DNA from: a virus
UHGV virus genome: UHGV-0200912
DNA: 44,693 nucleotides
Direction: 5' to 3' (one strand)
Shown here: in pieces, positions 37,090 through 44,693 of the stretch
Position numbering within the stretch: position 1 is the first letter of the stretch
Layout of the letters: each line of letters opens with the position of its first letter
Position numbers and translations under genes: made by a program
The notes under the pieces: generated by a model
What the model saw: the letters and a program-made list of their open reading frames with translations, nothing else
What the model was told of the DNA's origin: nothing
The model's database searches: none

Positions 37090-37214
37090 ATTAGCCTCCA
37101 ATATCACGCTAAAAAATAACCAGTATCTCAGGCATCGTTTTTGCGTGGTGTATACTATCTTGACAGCATTTTGTTAAATCACGCCGTAGATCACCGCACA
37201 GCAGGAGACTTTAA

Positions 37215-37433
37215 ATGACTGATGAATATAAAAAGAAAATTGGGATTCCAGATAACCATACTCTCGAGGAAGTATCTTCCACCTGGAAGGGGCCACGAAG
37301 AGGTCAAGATACTGATGAATATCTTCTGCGTGAGCTCGACGAAAACGGGGAAGTAGTTGCTCACTATGAAGTATATGACTCAACTTCAACTTACCCGCCG
37401 TTTGGTCGTTCGATTACATACAAAAAAGTCTAA
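37215..37433 (+). CDS. small hypothetical protein on the opposite strand after Rz (lambda bor position)
   Basis: GCAGGAGAC RBS; 72 aa; followed by two hairpins shared convergently with Rz1. Confidence 0.5.
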   Translation: MTDEYKKKIGIPDNHTLEEVSSTWKGPRRGQDTDEYLLRELDENGEVVAHYEVYDSTSTYPPFGRSITYKKV

Positions 37434-37497
37434 GCATCATCTTAGATGATTAGAGCCTCATGACCGCTTTCTTTAAGCTATTAGTGAGGCTATAAAA

Positions 37498-37752
37498 CTA
37501 AAGCCCCCTTTTCATCTCCGCCTGTCTGATATCAGCCTTATCCCGGTTGCACTGTCCCAGCGCTGATAGCAGACTGACGTTTAAATCCAGGCTCTGCCCC
37601 CACGTCAGGTTGTCGGGGATTTCCGGTTGCGGGGTGTCAGCCGTCAGGCTGGCCGGTAACGGGACCACCGGCACTTTGGCGTAGACCGTTCGCGAATTGT
37701 TGCATCCGCTTAACTGCGCCAGCAGGCACAGGGCGATTAGTGCAATCATCAT
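37498..37752 (-). CDS. Rz1: o-spanin Rz1 lipoprotein, overlapping the Rz 3' end
   Basis: lipobox LAQLSGC, proline-rich; +1 frame relative to Rz. Confidence 0.7.
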   Translation of the reverse strand: MMIALIALCLLAQLSGCNNSRTVYAKVPVVPLPASLTADTPQPEIPDNLTWGQSLDLNVSLLSALGQCNRDKADIRQAEMKRGL

Positions 37753-38026
37753 TCGCAACAGCAACCCGGATATCAGCCGAGGCTCCCGATGCGTCCAGTG
37801 CGATCTGCTCTTTTGCATGCTGATTGGCCTCGGCGATGGTGTTGAAGATGGTCATGGTTGTCAGAACATTGGCGGTGATGGCCTGAGCGGTATTTACCTG
37901 CTGCTCAGCGTTTTCTGCTCTGGCTTCCTGCTTACTGGCAGCGTTGTGGTAATGCATTGCCAGCCATCCAAGGCAAACCACCAGGCAGATCACAACGGCA
38001 CTGATAATGGCGGCTAAACGGCTCAT
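37637..38026 (-). CDS. Rz: i-spanin Rz
   Basis: N-terminal TM then coiled coil; ATG overlaps the endolysin stop. Confidence 0.7.
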   Translation of the reverse strand: MSRLAAIISAVVICLVVCLGWLAMHYHNAASKQEARAENAEQQVNTAQAITANVLTTMTIFNTIAEANQHAKEQIALDASGASADIRVAVANDDCTNRPVPAGAVKRMQQFANGLRQSAGGPVTGQPDG

Positions 38027-38532
38027 TTCTGCCCCCAAAGACAAACTTCGCGCTCAATCTCGCGGCGAGTTACCAGACCCTTCCACTGCTTACCCTTGGC
38101 GTAGGTCCAGCGGCGCAGCTGATCACATGCACCTTTCTGGTCGCCCTGGTTGATTTTGCGCAGCAGAGTGGAGGTCTGGAAGTTCCCAGCGCCGACGTTA
38201 TAGGCGAATGAGTAAAGCGCCCCGCGCATTGTCTCGGGAATCGTCTTCTGGATGTATGGGTTAATCTGGCGAGCGACGGTATTCAGGTCTTTGCTGAGCA
38301 GCGCACGGCATTCAGCCTCGGTGTACTTCTTGCCGAGCATGATGTCTTTGCCAGTGTGGCCATAGCAGACAGTCCAGACGCCTACCACATCCTGATAGGG
38401 GTCATAACGCACACCTTCAAGACCATCGTTACCGGTTGGTCCAGTGATGAGAGCAGAGGCAATGGCTATGGCGCCACCGCCGCCGGCGATCACGCCAATC
38501 AGTTTATTCCTCATTGATGGCGTCATGCTCAC
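38023..38532 (-). CDS. SAR-endolysin, GH24 T4-lysozyme family
   Basis: Gly/Ala-rich N-terminal signal-anchor [19 protein letters not shown]; catalytic E-D-T region [23 protein letters not shown]. Confidence 0.8.
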   Translation of the reverse strand: MSMTPSMRNKLIGVIAGGGGAIAIASALITGPTGNDGLEGVRYDPYQDVVGVWTVCYGHTGKDIMLGKKYTEAECRALLSKDLNTVARQINPYIQKTIPETMRGALYSFAYNVGAGNFQTSTLLRKINQGDQKGACDQLRRWTYAKGKQWKGLVTRREIEREVCLWGQK

Positions 38533-38843
38533 CCCTGTGTATCACTTGCGATCCGCTTCAAGGCCTCGGTTACCACTTCGGCTGAAGCCGGGCGGTCACC
38601 CCCAGGCTTTGCGGAGACATCAGCCAGATAACTGGCCAACAGCTGCGTGCGCTTTTTCTCTTCATCCAGTCGCTCTCGCTCTTCCTTGCGCTTTGCGTAA
38701 TACGTCTTGATTGTGAAGAAGGCAGAGATCAGGGCGCCAATGATGAAGACATAATCCTGCAGACTCAGGACGGAAAAGATACCAAGCAATGCTGACCACC
38801 AGTAAGGCAGATTGTGACCATCGGTTGGGTTCATACGTTGCAT
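38529..38843 (-). CDS. holin, likely pinholin partner of the SAR endolysin
   Basis: two TM helices; charged C-terminus; GGAGGTGAGAG RBS; ATGA overlap with the endolysin. Confidence 0.65.
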   Translation of the reverse strand: MQRMNPTDGHNLPYWWSALLGIFSVLSLQDYVFIIGALISAFFTIKTYYAKRKEERERLDEEKKRTQLLASYLADVSAKPGGDRPASAEVVTEALKRIASDTQG

Positions 38844-38950
38844 CTCTCACCTCCGATAATGTTCGGGGTGCTATCTGTAGTCAGTAAAAGGTTCAGGGCC
38901 GTCGGGCTGATTTACCAACAAAGCGTCGAGGGTGATTCCCGCGACCCTGA

Positions 38951-38975
38951 AAATAAAAAACCCGCTCAAGGCGGG
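38951..38975 (-). terminator. rho-independent terminator between the late leader and the holin
   Basis: CCCGC-cttga-GCGGG followed by TTTTTTTATTTT on the minus strand. Confidence 0.6.
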
Positions 38976-39233
38976 AAGAAATACCAAGGGTAAAAGCGAC
39001 GGCTCGGTAGCCGTAATAGTCCCAAGGTAGAGGGATTTAGAAGGCTGCAGCATAACTATCACTGGTGATGCAGGATAGCCAGTTAGGGCTGCAGCTCGGT
39101 TCCGTGAGTGGTGGCCGGCGCTGATCTCCGGCTTTCTCTGGCATTACAGGTACCCAAGACTATTCTCCAGAGATAGCGCTGTCCTCATCAAGGGGTGCCG
39201 TCTCTAACGTATCAGCCTACGCATTCACCACAA

Positions 39234-39250
39234 CGGAAAGAGCACTGGTT
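39234..39250 (+). repeat. CGGAAAGAGCACTGGTT, copy 1 of a 17-nt exact repeat, each copy closing a long-range stem
   Basis: identical copy at 39477..39492; resembles the D-arm CCGGAAAGAGCA of the adjacent tRNA-Arg. Confidence 0.5.
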
Positions 39251-39476
39251 TGGCTCGACATCAGATAGGGTGGAACAGCCCTCAAATGCCCAATGCTCTT
39301 ACCTGTTGTGTGCCCATTATTAATCACACCGGGCCAGTGCGCCGAATTCATTGACAAGGAGTCGGAAGACCTTGCTGGTGTTTAGCTGTTAGGCTACTGC
39401 CAGATACATTTCTTCGTTTGCATTTATCTTTGTGGTCAGTTTCTAAAAAACCGCAAAGTCGCTTACGAAAACCATC

Positions 39477-39492
39477 GGAAAGAGCACTGGTT
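39477..39492 (+). repeat. copy 2 of the 17-nt repeat
   Basis: exact repeat. Confidence 0.5.
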
Positions 39493-39546
39493 GCATTTAA
39501 GCCAAGCCCCATGACGGGAAGCGCTCTTGCCTGATAGCCTTCAATC

Positions 39547-39623
39547 TGGCGCACCATTCAGGACTCGAACCTGAAACCGATAGCTTAGAAGGCTATTGCT
39601 CTTTCCGGTTGAGCTAATGGCGC
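39547..39623 (-). tRNA. tRNA-Arg (anticodon UCU)
   Basis: GCGCCATTAGCTCAACCGGAAAGAGCAATAGCCTTCTAAGCTATCGGTTTCAGGTTCGAGTCCTGAATGGTGCGCCA; 7-bp acceptor, D, anticodon (CTTCTAA) and T arms; CCA encoded. Confidence 0.85.
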
Positions 39624-39628
39624 TGAAT

Positions 39629-39706
39629 TGGTGCTCGCATCAGGGATCAAACCTGAAATCATCCGATTATGAGTCGGGTGCTTTAACCTTGTTAAGCTAT
39701 GCGAAC
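39629..39706 (-). tRNA. tRNA-Met or tRNA-Ile2 (anticodon CAU)
   Basis: GTTCGCATAGCTTAACAAGGTTAAAGCACCCGACTCATAATCGGATGATTTCAGGTTTGATCCCTGATGCGAGCACCA; T-loop GGTTTGATCC; anticodon loop CTCATAA. Confidence 0.75.
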
Positions 39707-39711
39707 AATCT

Positions 39712-39775
39712 GGTTCAGGGCTCTGCGCGTGTAGGGTGTCGACGTGTCGTGCAGCACGTCTCTACCCAAGAGCCC
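39712..39775 (-). other. nested stable hairpin (9-bp outer CAGGGCTCT/AGAGCCCTG, 6-bp inner GACGTG/CACGTC) between tR' and the tRNAs
   Basis: direct reading; no tRNA features. Confidence 0.5.
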
Positions 39776-39791
39776 TGACCGGATCGCAGGC

Positions 39792-39820
39792 ATAAAAAAG
39801 CCCCGGCGGAATGCCGAGGC
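39792..39820 (-). terminator. tR'-like rho-independent terminator downstream of the Q-like gene
   Basis: GCCTCGGC/GCCGGGGC stem then TTTTTTA on the minus strand. Confidence 0.6.
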
Positions 39821-39909
39821 TAATTTTACAAACTGGTATGTGACTATCATCTTCATGCCGCCACTTAAAGTTAAGGCAGCATATCAAAGTAGACTCAAAT
39901 ATGACGCAT

Positions 39910-40599
39910 TTAATCCAGTTTTGCAAGAGTTGAGTGAAAATTTGTCGCCTTTTGTTGTGAACGTGATCGCGTAACCTGCAAAAGAGAATCGCTATCAAGG
40001 CGCCGCAAGGTGGTTTTCATCTCCTCCCACCGCTCTGTAAACGTTTCTGACCAGTTCTTCGGGGTCACTCCGACCAGAGAGGCAAGTTTTTGGTATTCAT
40101 ACGTCTCCCGCCCTGCCAGCTCGGCTTTGACATCCTGCGCCGCCAGCCAGATAAGTTGACGGAGGCGATCGACTGTTTTCTTTGCAATGCGCGCGCCGGC
40201 CAGCTTCTTGCTGAATTGCTCCCATGCCCACCGGGTGATCGTCTCCTGGTGCTCCCAGCGGATATTGTCGCTGTAGTTCCACAGCAGCCACGTTTTCTGA
40301 TGCTCTTCCAGCGACAGTAGAGCCCGGCGCCAGCTTGCCGTCGAATACTCAACGGGAAGAACGAGAGCGATCGATGAACCCTTAGCGCGGGACTGGCTGC
40401 CACTCATTGGCGGCCCGTCCGGGTTAACCATGCGTTGTTTCACCTCGCTATAAACCTTCTTCCTTCCCCGGCTGCGCGCCGTAGCGGTGAATTGCGCGTT
40501 TTCTGCAAAGGCTACCAGTTGCCCTTTCGTCGCACCGCTCAGATCGGCGGTGGCCACTATCAGCTGCTGGCGAACAAATTCCAAGTATTGAGCTGTCAT
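39910..40599 (-). CDS. putative late antiterminator, Q-like by position
   Basis: 229 aa between NinG and the tR'/tRNA/lysis region; ATGA overlap with the upstream small ORF. Confidence 0.45.
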   Translation of the reverse strand: MTAQYLEFVRQQLIVATADLSGATKGQLVAFAENAQFTATARSRGRKKVYSEVKQRMVNPDGPPMSGSQSRAKGSSIALVLPVEYSTASWRRALLSLEEHQKTWLLWNYSDNIRWEHQETITRWAWEQFSKKLAGARIAKKTVDRLRQLIWLAAQDVKAELAGRETYEYQKLASLVGVTPKNWSETFTERWEEMKTTLRRLDSDSLLQVTRSRSQQKATNFHSTLAKLD

Positions 40600-40736
40600 G
40601 CTGTCTCTCCCAGGGTCTGATAGATGCGAACGAAATTTCTCAGTATGCGGTAGTCAACCAGTACGGTGCCGCGGTGCCGGCAGAGGCGGAGCTTTTGCCA
40701 GCGGTCGCGGATACGTTCGATAACGTCGTGGTTCAT
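40596..40736 (-). CDS. small basic protein (46 aa) in the NinH position
   Basis: ATGA overlaps at both ends (NinG stop and Q-like start); not in the ORF track. Confidence 0.4.
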   Translation of the reverse strand: MNHDVIERIRDRWQKLRLCRHRGTVLVDYRILRNFVRIYQTLGETA

Positions 40737-41371
40737 GCGGCCTCCTGATGGCGGGCGCGGCGCTTCTCCAGCGCGCGGGCTCTGCGGGTGAATATGGATT
40801 TGATGCGCTGCAGGTAGGGAATGTCGAACCGGCGCGGCACGTTATCAGCCTCAAGGCGCTCAACGCGATCCTGGCCAATGCGCTCAATCAGGTGAATGCG
40901 GTATTCAACGGCATTTCCGCTCAACTGCCGATTGCAGCGGGTGCAGGCGGAATGAACATTGAACACGTTGAATTTCAGGTGAGACGCTGCGCCGCGGGAA
41001 CGGTAGTGACTGGCGTCAATAGCGCTGCCGGTCAGGTAGTTGCTCTTACCAATAAGCGGGTTTCCGCAGCTCACGCAGGGCTTACCTTCATCACGAATGC
41101 GAATGTACCGGTTAAAGGCAGACTGAGCCTCTTTATCCCATTGAGCCTTTGTCTTGAATGACTCACGCTTAGCGCGGCGACGCTGGCGCCCCTCTTTCTC
41201 GGATTCGCGCTGGCGCTTCACCGCCCTGGCCTTCGCCACTTCCCGGGCTTTTGCTGTCTGTTTTTTGCCGATCGCGCTGGCGCATTCAAAACTGCATACC
41301 ACCTGCCCTTCCCGGGCAGGATGGAACCATTCGCGGCAGTGGGCGCATTTACGACGTGCAGGTTTACGCAT
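40733..41371 (-). CDS. ninG: NinG-like protein
   Basis: N-terminal MRKPARRKCAHCREWFHP...CSFECA matches lambdoid NinG; AAGGAGG RBS. Confidence 0.75.
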   Translation of the reverse strand: MRKPARRKCAHCREWFHPAREGQVVCSFECASAIGKKQTAKAREVAKARAVKRQRESEKEGRQRRRAKRESFKTKAQWDKEAQSAFNRYIRIRDEGKPCVSCGNPLIGKSNYLTGSAIDASHYRSRGAASHLKFNVFNVHSACTRCNRQLSGNAVEYRIHLIERIGQDRVERLEADNVPRRFDIPYLQRIKSIFTRRARALEKRRARHQEAA

Positions 41372-41540
41372 GTGGCCTCCTTGCTCTCAGGCGTAGCCAC
41401 TTCTTATCGACCAGGCGGGCGGTGTAGTCTTTCAGGGTCGGGATGTCGGAAGGCTTAACCTCTACCTTGCGCTTGCGGCGCGCCGGCACGCGGAAGATGC
41501 CGCGCTCCATTACTTTGGCGAGAAGACATTGCATAGCCAT
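41364..41540 (-). CDS. ninE: NinE-like protein (58 aa)
   Basis: C-terminus KDYTARLVDKKWLRLRARR resembles lambda NinE NYTAHLWDIRWLRRRARK; TGATG overlap with the upstream stop; 8-nt overlap with the ninG start; not in the ORF track. Confidence 0.55.
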   Translation of the reverse strand: MAMQCLLAKVMERGIFRVPARRKRKVEVKPSDIPTLKDYTARLVDKKWLRLRARRPHA

Positions 41541-42136
41541 CACCCCGCAAAGCTCAGCAACTGACTGGCGGCATTTTCAGCCTCAGCCGGCGAGTGGAAT
41601 TTGCGACGCAGAATGTAGTTCCAGAGCACATTCAGCACTGATTTGTAGACGCCGTTGAACTGGCTGTCGTCCATACTGGCGAAGGAGATCGACTTTGCGA
41701 CACGACGACGGCTACCGTCAGGCATCTGGTATTCGTCATAAAAGCCAGCCTGAATGGTTGCCCACTCGCGGAAGGATTCGAAGTGTTTCAGCAGCGCCAT
41801 ATCGCGGGAGCGGGAGATACCGACCGAGGAGAGATACATCTCGGAGGCGTTCTGGAGCGCAGCGCGCTGTTCGAAGTCGGATGAAAGGAAGTCGATAAAC
41901 CCGGATATGAGGGCGCGCTCAGCGGGCTCAATGAGGCCACCGGAAGGCGTCCAGTAGTGATACCCGAGAGTCAGAAGTTTGAAGAACTTCTTGTGGAATG
42001 CGTAATTCCTGGGCTTGCGGAACTCACCGCAAAGCAGTTGCCCTACTGGGATAAGTTGCAGGTATTCGCTGGTTCCCGGCTCTGCGGGAATCAGTACGTT
42101 TTGATAACTTTTCTCAAATTGCAGTGTTTGCGCCAT
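41540..42136 (-). CDS. nin-region protein, DUF1367-like
   Basis: 198 aa; resembles a family common in enterobacterial lambdoid nin regions. Confidence 0.45.
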   Translation of the reverse strand: MAQTLQFEKSYQNVLIPAEPGTSEYLQLIPVGQLLCGEFRKPRNYAFHKKFFKLLTLGYHYWTPSGGLIEPAERALISGFIDFLSSDFEQRAALQNASEMYLSSVGISRSRDMALLKHFESFREWATIQAGFYDEYQMPDGSRRRVAKSISFASMDDSQFNGVYKSVLNVLWNYILRRKFHSPAEAENAASQLLSFAG

Positions 42137-42231
42137 GTGTCCCCACTTGGCGCCGGATAATCGTGTCAGTTGCTCAGGCTGACGAGGTAATTATCGCCCT
42201 TCCCGGGGATAAAAGCAAAATGAGCATATAC

Positions 42232-42255
42232 GAGAAAAACCCCTCCGGAGAGGGG
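42232..42255 (-). terminator. rho-independent terminator inside the nin region (tR2-like)
   Basis: CCCCTC-tccg-GAGGGG then TTTTTCT on the minus strand. Confidence 0.55.
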
Positions 42256-42257
42256 TG

Positions 42258-42557
42258 TCATTGAGGGGATTTTTCGGCAACCTTGTTGTGCACTTCCCAC
42301 AGGCTAATGCCACAGCTCGCGCAGAAGTTGGCAAGGCAGTCCAGGCCAGACCACTCGCGAATCCCTCCGCGAGCAGCCTCCACAAACACGGCTATATCTT
42401 TACCCCGCCACAAGCCGAACAATCTCCAGCCGCCGCCATCAGGACTTTTTATCGCGGCTATGCGCGTTAATACGCCGGTTTGATAAAGCTCAGTGAAGGC
42501 TGGCTTCTTTCTGGTTATCATTCGCATAAATACAAACCTGTGATTTGTTGATAACAA
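42258..42557 (-). CDS. hypothetical nin-region protein
   Basis: 99-aa ORF followed by the terminator. Confidence 0.45.
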   Translation of the reverse strand: MLSTNHRFVFMRMITRKKPAFTELYQTGVLTRIAAIKSPDGGGWRLFGLWRGKDIAVFVEAARGGIREWSGLDCLANFCASCGISLWEVHNKVAEKSPQ

Positions 42558-42599
42558 ATAGCATGTTTGCGTTTTATGGTTTTTGTCGCCGAGGGGGAT

Positions 42600-42914
42600 T
42601 TAGGCATGCTCCCGTTCCTTCTGGCGCTGGTCTTCATTGCTGAAGTCGTCGCCGTCGATGGGCATCAGGTATTGTGCTGGTATCAAGCCAAAGTCCAGTC
42701 TCTTTGCTTCTCCGGTATCCCCATCCCGAACTATCAGGTCACCAGAGATTAACCATGCATCACCCATCGGCACCGGTTCGGCGTACACTTCGCCATTCCA
42801 GGTAAACCGCGAGCCATTAGGTACGAAACCTACAACCAGCACTGACTTACCGTCATTTGTGCGGTAGAAGCCGCCAATAATCATTGCCTGACAACCTGCG
42901 CGTAACTCAGCCAT
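42600..42914 (-). CDS. hypothetical nin-region protein
   Basis: 104-aa ORF; 8-nt overlap with the upstream gene. Confidence 0.45.
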   Translation of the reverse strand: MAELRAGCQAMIIGGFYRTNDGKSVLVVGFVPNGSRFTWNGEVYAEPVPMGDAWLISGDLIVRDGDTGEAKRLDFGLIPAQYLMPIDGDDFSNEDQRQKEREHA

Positions 42915-43809
42915 GGTTCACTTCCTGCCGGGCAGCTGCGAGCAGGCGCTCTACTTCAATGTGCGCGTCGTAACACTTGATTGCGTTATAACAACCACGG
43001 CTTCCGTTGCTATCGAGCAGGCGGTTAACCGCAGCGATTAGCTCATTAGGAATAATTTCGGGAATATTTTGTGGTGCGTTTTGTGGTTGCGGGACGGCTG
43101 CGAGCATGGCGGCGCGTCGAATATCAGTCTCCAGTTCATCAGCCCAGTCTTGCCACTCATCAGGAAGTCCGTTTTTGCTGCTGGCGATGTGATTAGCGAG
43201 TTTGTATAAAACCTCGTTCACTACCGGCGCTGGCTGCTCTTTGATGTGCAGGCGCGGCTCTCCGTCTTTCGGCTCCGGCCATTTACGCTGTTTATTGACT
43301 GCCAGCTTTTCAACCATTGCCTGCGTAATCTGCTCATCAGTGATGCCTGCACGACGCTGCGCATCCCACAGCAGGAACTGCATATCAGCCCACTCCGACA
43401 GGTCGCCAGGCTCGGCAGCGGCTTCCAGTGCTTCTTTGCTGAGGTGCTTCAGCGGGCCAACCGGGCCGACATTGCCGAAGGTAGCCTGTGACCACTCGGC
43501 ATGCGCGATGCGTACCTGGTCACGTTCCGGCGCTGGCTGCGCGTGGCGATAGAGCGGCGTGCAAGTTATCTCGTGCTCGTTAATGTCTTCCTGGCTAACA
43601 TATTTCGATACATGGCTACGGCTAAGATACCCATCTACTCCTCTCTCTCTTTCATACTTGTCCTGAATGATGTATGCGAACGGCTCGCTGTTCATTGCGG
43701 CCAGCGCGATTTGTGCCAGTTCGATCCGCTCATCCCATGAAACTTTGCAGATAGTGTTGTTATCAGCGAGTTGTTCCAGGCGCTCTCTGGTTATGGTTGA
43801 TTTGGTCAT
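42907..43809 (-). CDS. DUF550-type protein (putative MazG-like dNTP pyrophosphohydrolase domain)
   Basis: central segment IAHAEWSQATFGNVGPVGPLKHLSKEALEAAAEPGDLSEWADMQFLLWDAQRRAGITDEQI recalls the prophage DUF550 family. Confidence 0.45.
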   Translation of the reverse strand: MTKSTITRERLEQLADNNTICKVSWDERIELAQIALAAMNSEPFAYIIQDKYERERGVDGYLSRSHVSKYVSQEDINEHEITCTPLYRHAQPAPERDQVRIAHAEWSQATFGNVGPVGPLKHLSKEALEAAAEPGDLSEWADMQFLLWDAQRRAGITDEQITQAMVEKLAVNKQRKWPEPKDGEPRLHIKEQPAPVVNEVLYKLANHIASSKNGLPDEWQDWADELETDIRRAAMLAAVPQPQNAPQNIPEIIPNELIAAVNRLLDSNGSRGCYNAIKCYDAHIEVERLLAAARQEVNHG

Positions 43810-43813
43810 TGGG

Positions 43814-44005
43814 CTATTCCTCCACGCTTATATCTACGGAAACTTTCATCTTCCCTGCGGTGACCTCAAAGCCAGTAACATCCGCATTAAGCATGTATTC
43901 CGAGATAACAAGGGCGAGTAGTTTCAATTTGGCGTCGGTGTTGTTGCCGTTCAGTTCTTCCAGGAGCTCGACAACCGGCTCCATGTGTTCACCCATTTTC
44001 ATCAC
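43814..44005 (-). CDS. hypothetical protein
   Basis: 63-aa ORF; GTGA-type coupling downstream. Confidence 0.4.
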   Translation of the reverse strand: MMKMGEHMEPVVELLEELNGNNTDAKLKLLALVISEYMLNADVTGFEVTAGKMKVSVDISVEE

Positions 44006-44529
44006 TCAGCCTTCACCTTGAAGCCAGCAGTATGAGCCGCCAGGCATTTATTGAACCCTTCGTTGTTATTAGCCAGCCCAAGATTCCAGCCAGCAGTTAA
44101 GCCAGCTCTGTAGGCGCTCTCCTGCAGGTTTTCTACAGTGACGGCGTGGGACTCGTCATCCAGCGGTGGCAGATCTGGAGTGTTCACGCCAAACAGCGCC
44201 GCCAGTGCTCGGTAGTTCTGCTCGGAATGGTAGCGGCCTTTGCAGCGGACCAGTTTCTCGGCTGCTGCGTTGATGGTCTGCGCCTTCTCCAGCGCCTCTA
44301 CCAGCGCTAGGATATTGGCAGGGTTAGCCAGGGCGATGAACTCTCCATTCCTGTCTGTCTGAGCTTGGGTGAAATCACCACTATCGACATAGAGGATTGA
44401 GCCCTGAGATTCATCACTGCCTACGTCATACTCAATGCTGGTATTTTTCGGAAAATAAACCCATTCACCCGGAGTAGCCTTCTCTGCTGCCGCTTTCAGG
44501 CTCTGCGCCAGTTCGGTGATATTGGTCAC
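44002..44529 (-). CDS. hypothetical protein (possibly Ead/Ea22-like)
   Basis: 175 aa with GTG start overlapping the upstream stop. Confidence 0.4.
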   Translation of the reverse strand: MTNITELAQSLKAAAEKATPGEWVYFPKNTSIEYDVGSDESQGSILYVDSGDFTQAQTDRNGEFIALANPANILALVEALEKAQTINAAAEKLVRCKGRYHSEQNYRALAALFGVNTPDLPPLDDESHAVTVENLQESAYRAGLTAGWNLGLANNNEGFNKCLAAHTAGFKVKAE

Positions 44530-44678
44530 GCTTCACCTCCAAGTTCAGTTGATGCCTTTTCAATCGCGCAACGGACCAGGGAGTTAATCTCGTAGTGATC
44601 TTCTGCCGTAAGTGCCCCCACTTCGTTTTCAACAGAATCCAGAATTTCAAACAGGTAATTTTCAATACTGCTCATCAT
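44526..44678 (-). CDS. small hypothetical protein (50 aa) at the window edge
   Basis: ATG-ATG start 15 nt from the window end; GTGA overlap with the downstream gene; the different-frame track ORF 44465..44665 is likely spurious. Confidence 0.4.
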   Translation of the reverse strand: MMSSIENYLFEILDSVENEVGALTAEDHYEINSLVRCAIEKASTELGGEA

Positions 44679-44693
44679 CGCGTTTGCAACTAA

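Noticed and set aside
38871-39062. 63-aa minus-strand ORF just upstream of the holin
   Set aside because: It contains a strong intrinsic terminator on its own strand (38951..38975) and has no RBS. It is more likely a non-coding leader.
39348-39557. 69-aa minus-strand ORF
   Set aside because: It overlaps the 3' end of tRNA-Arg and lies in the repeat-rich non-coding leader.
39710-39780. Possible third tRNA next to tRNA-Met
   Set aside because: It forms nested hairpins but has no T-loop or cloverleaf and the wrong length.
39816-39909. Precise late promoter (pR') call
   Set aside because: Several weak -35/-10 combinations are possible (for example TTAACT-17-GATGAT). None is convincing enough to report as a feature.
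44465-44665. 66-aa track ORF at the window edge
   Set aside because: A different frame gives a 50-aa ORF (44526..44678) with ATG-ATG start and a GTGA coupling overlap to the next gene, which fits the local operon better.
1-44693. Interpretation as a prophage with host flanks
   Set aside because: Phage genes lie on both sides of the att core, and the operons run off both window ends in a way that closes into a circle.

Overview
The window reads as a complete, circularly permuted lambdoid temperate siphovirus genome of about 44.7 kb, shown in reverse-complement lambda orientation. It is not a prophage with host flanks: phage genes lie on both sides of the att core and the operons run off both window ends.

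Gene order:
- Rightward early genes on the minus strand: cro 2885..3076, cII 2584..2805, O-like initiator 1644..2498 with five 17-bp iterons and an AT-rich ori, DnaC-like loader 790..1641.
- These wrap across the window end into a nin region at 44678 down to 40596 (DUF550/MazG-like, DUF1367, NinE-like, NinG, small NinH-position ORF).
- Late region follows: Q-like gene, tR'-like terminator, phage-borne tRNA-Met(CAU) and tRNA-Arg(UCU), and a lysis cassette of holin, SAR-type GH24 endolysin and overlapping Rz/Rz1.
- Headful-type packaging and head genes: terS, terL, portal, Mu-F-like, scaffold/protease-like, major capsid.
- GTA-like tail module: major tail with Ig domain, chaperone, tape measure, NlpC/P60, host-specificity protein, SASA/SGNH-esterase tailspike.
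- The plus strand carries the lambda-like cI repressor 3181..3891, then the pL operon 5478..11485, ending in xis and int.
- Next to int is an attP core at 11501..11545 that is a 45-nt copy of the 3' half of a tRNA-Arg(UCU) gene.

Most notable features:
- A two-gene cassette co-transcribed with cI in the rexAB position, a candidate lysogen-expressed exclusion or abortive-infection system.
- OR and OL each hold three 15-bp AATACC-N3-GGTATT operators.
- Two tiny membrane peptides lie at the head of the pL operon.
- Moron cassettes with their own terminators sit inside the tail, head and lysis modules: KilA-N plus a secreted protein, a convergent small-gene pair, an antisense secreted-protein gene, and an HNH-AP2 endonuclease.
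- An in-frame amber codon splits a tail fibre gene.
- A structured 570-nt non-coding late leader carries duplicated tRNA D-arm-like motifs.
- Several real genes under 60 aa, chained by ATGA/TGATG overlaps, are missing from the ORF track.

All functional calls come from motif recognition by eye and synteny. No database search was possible.
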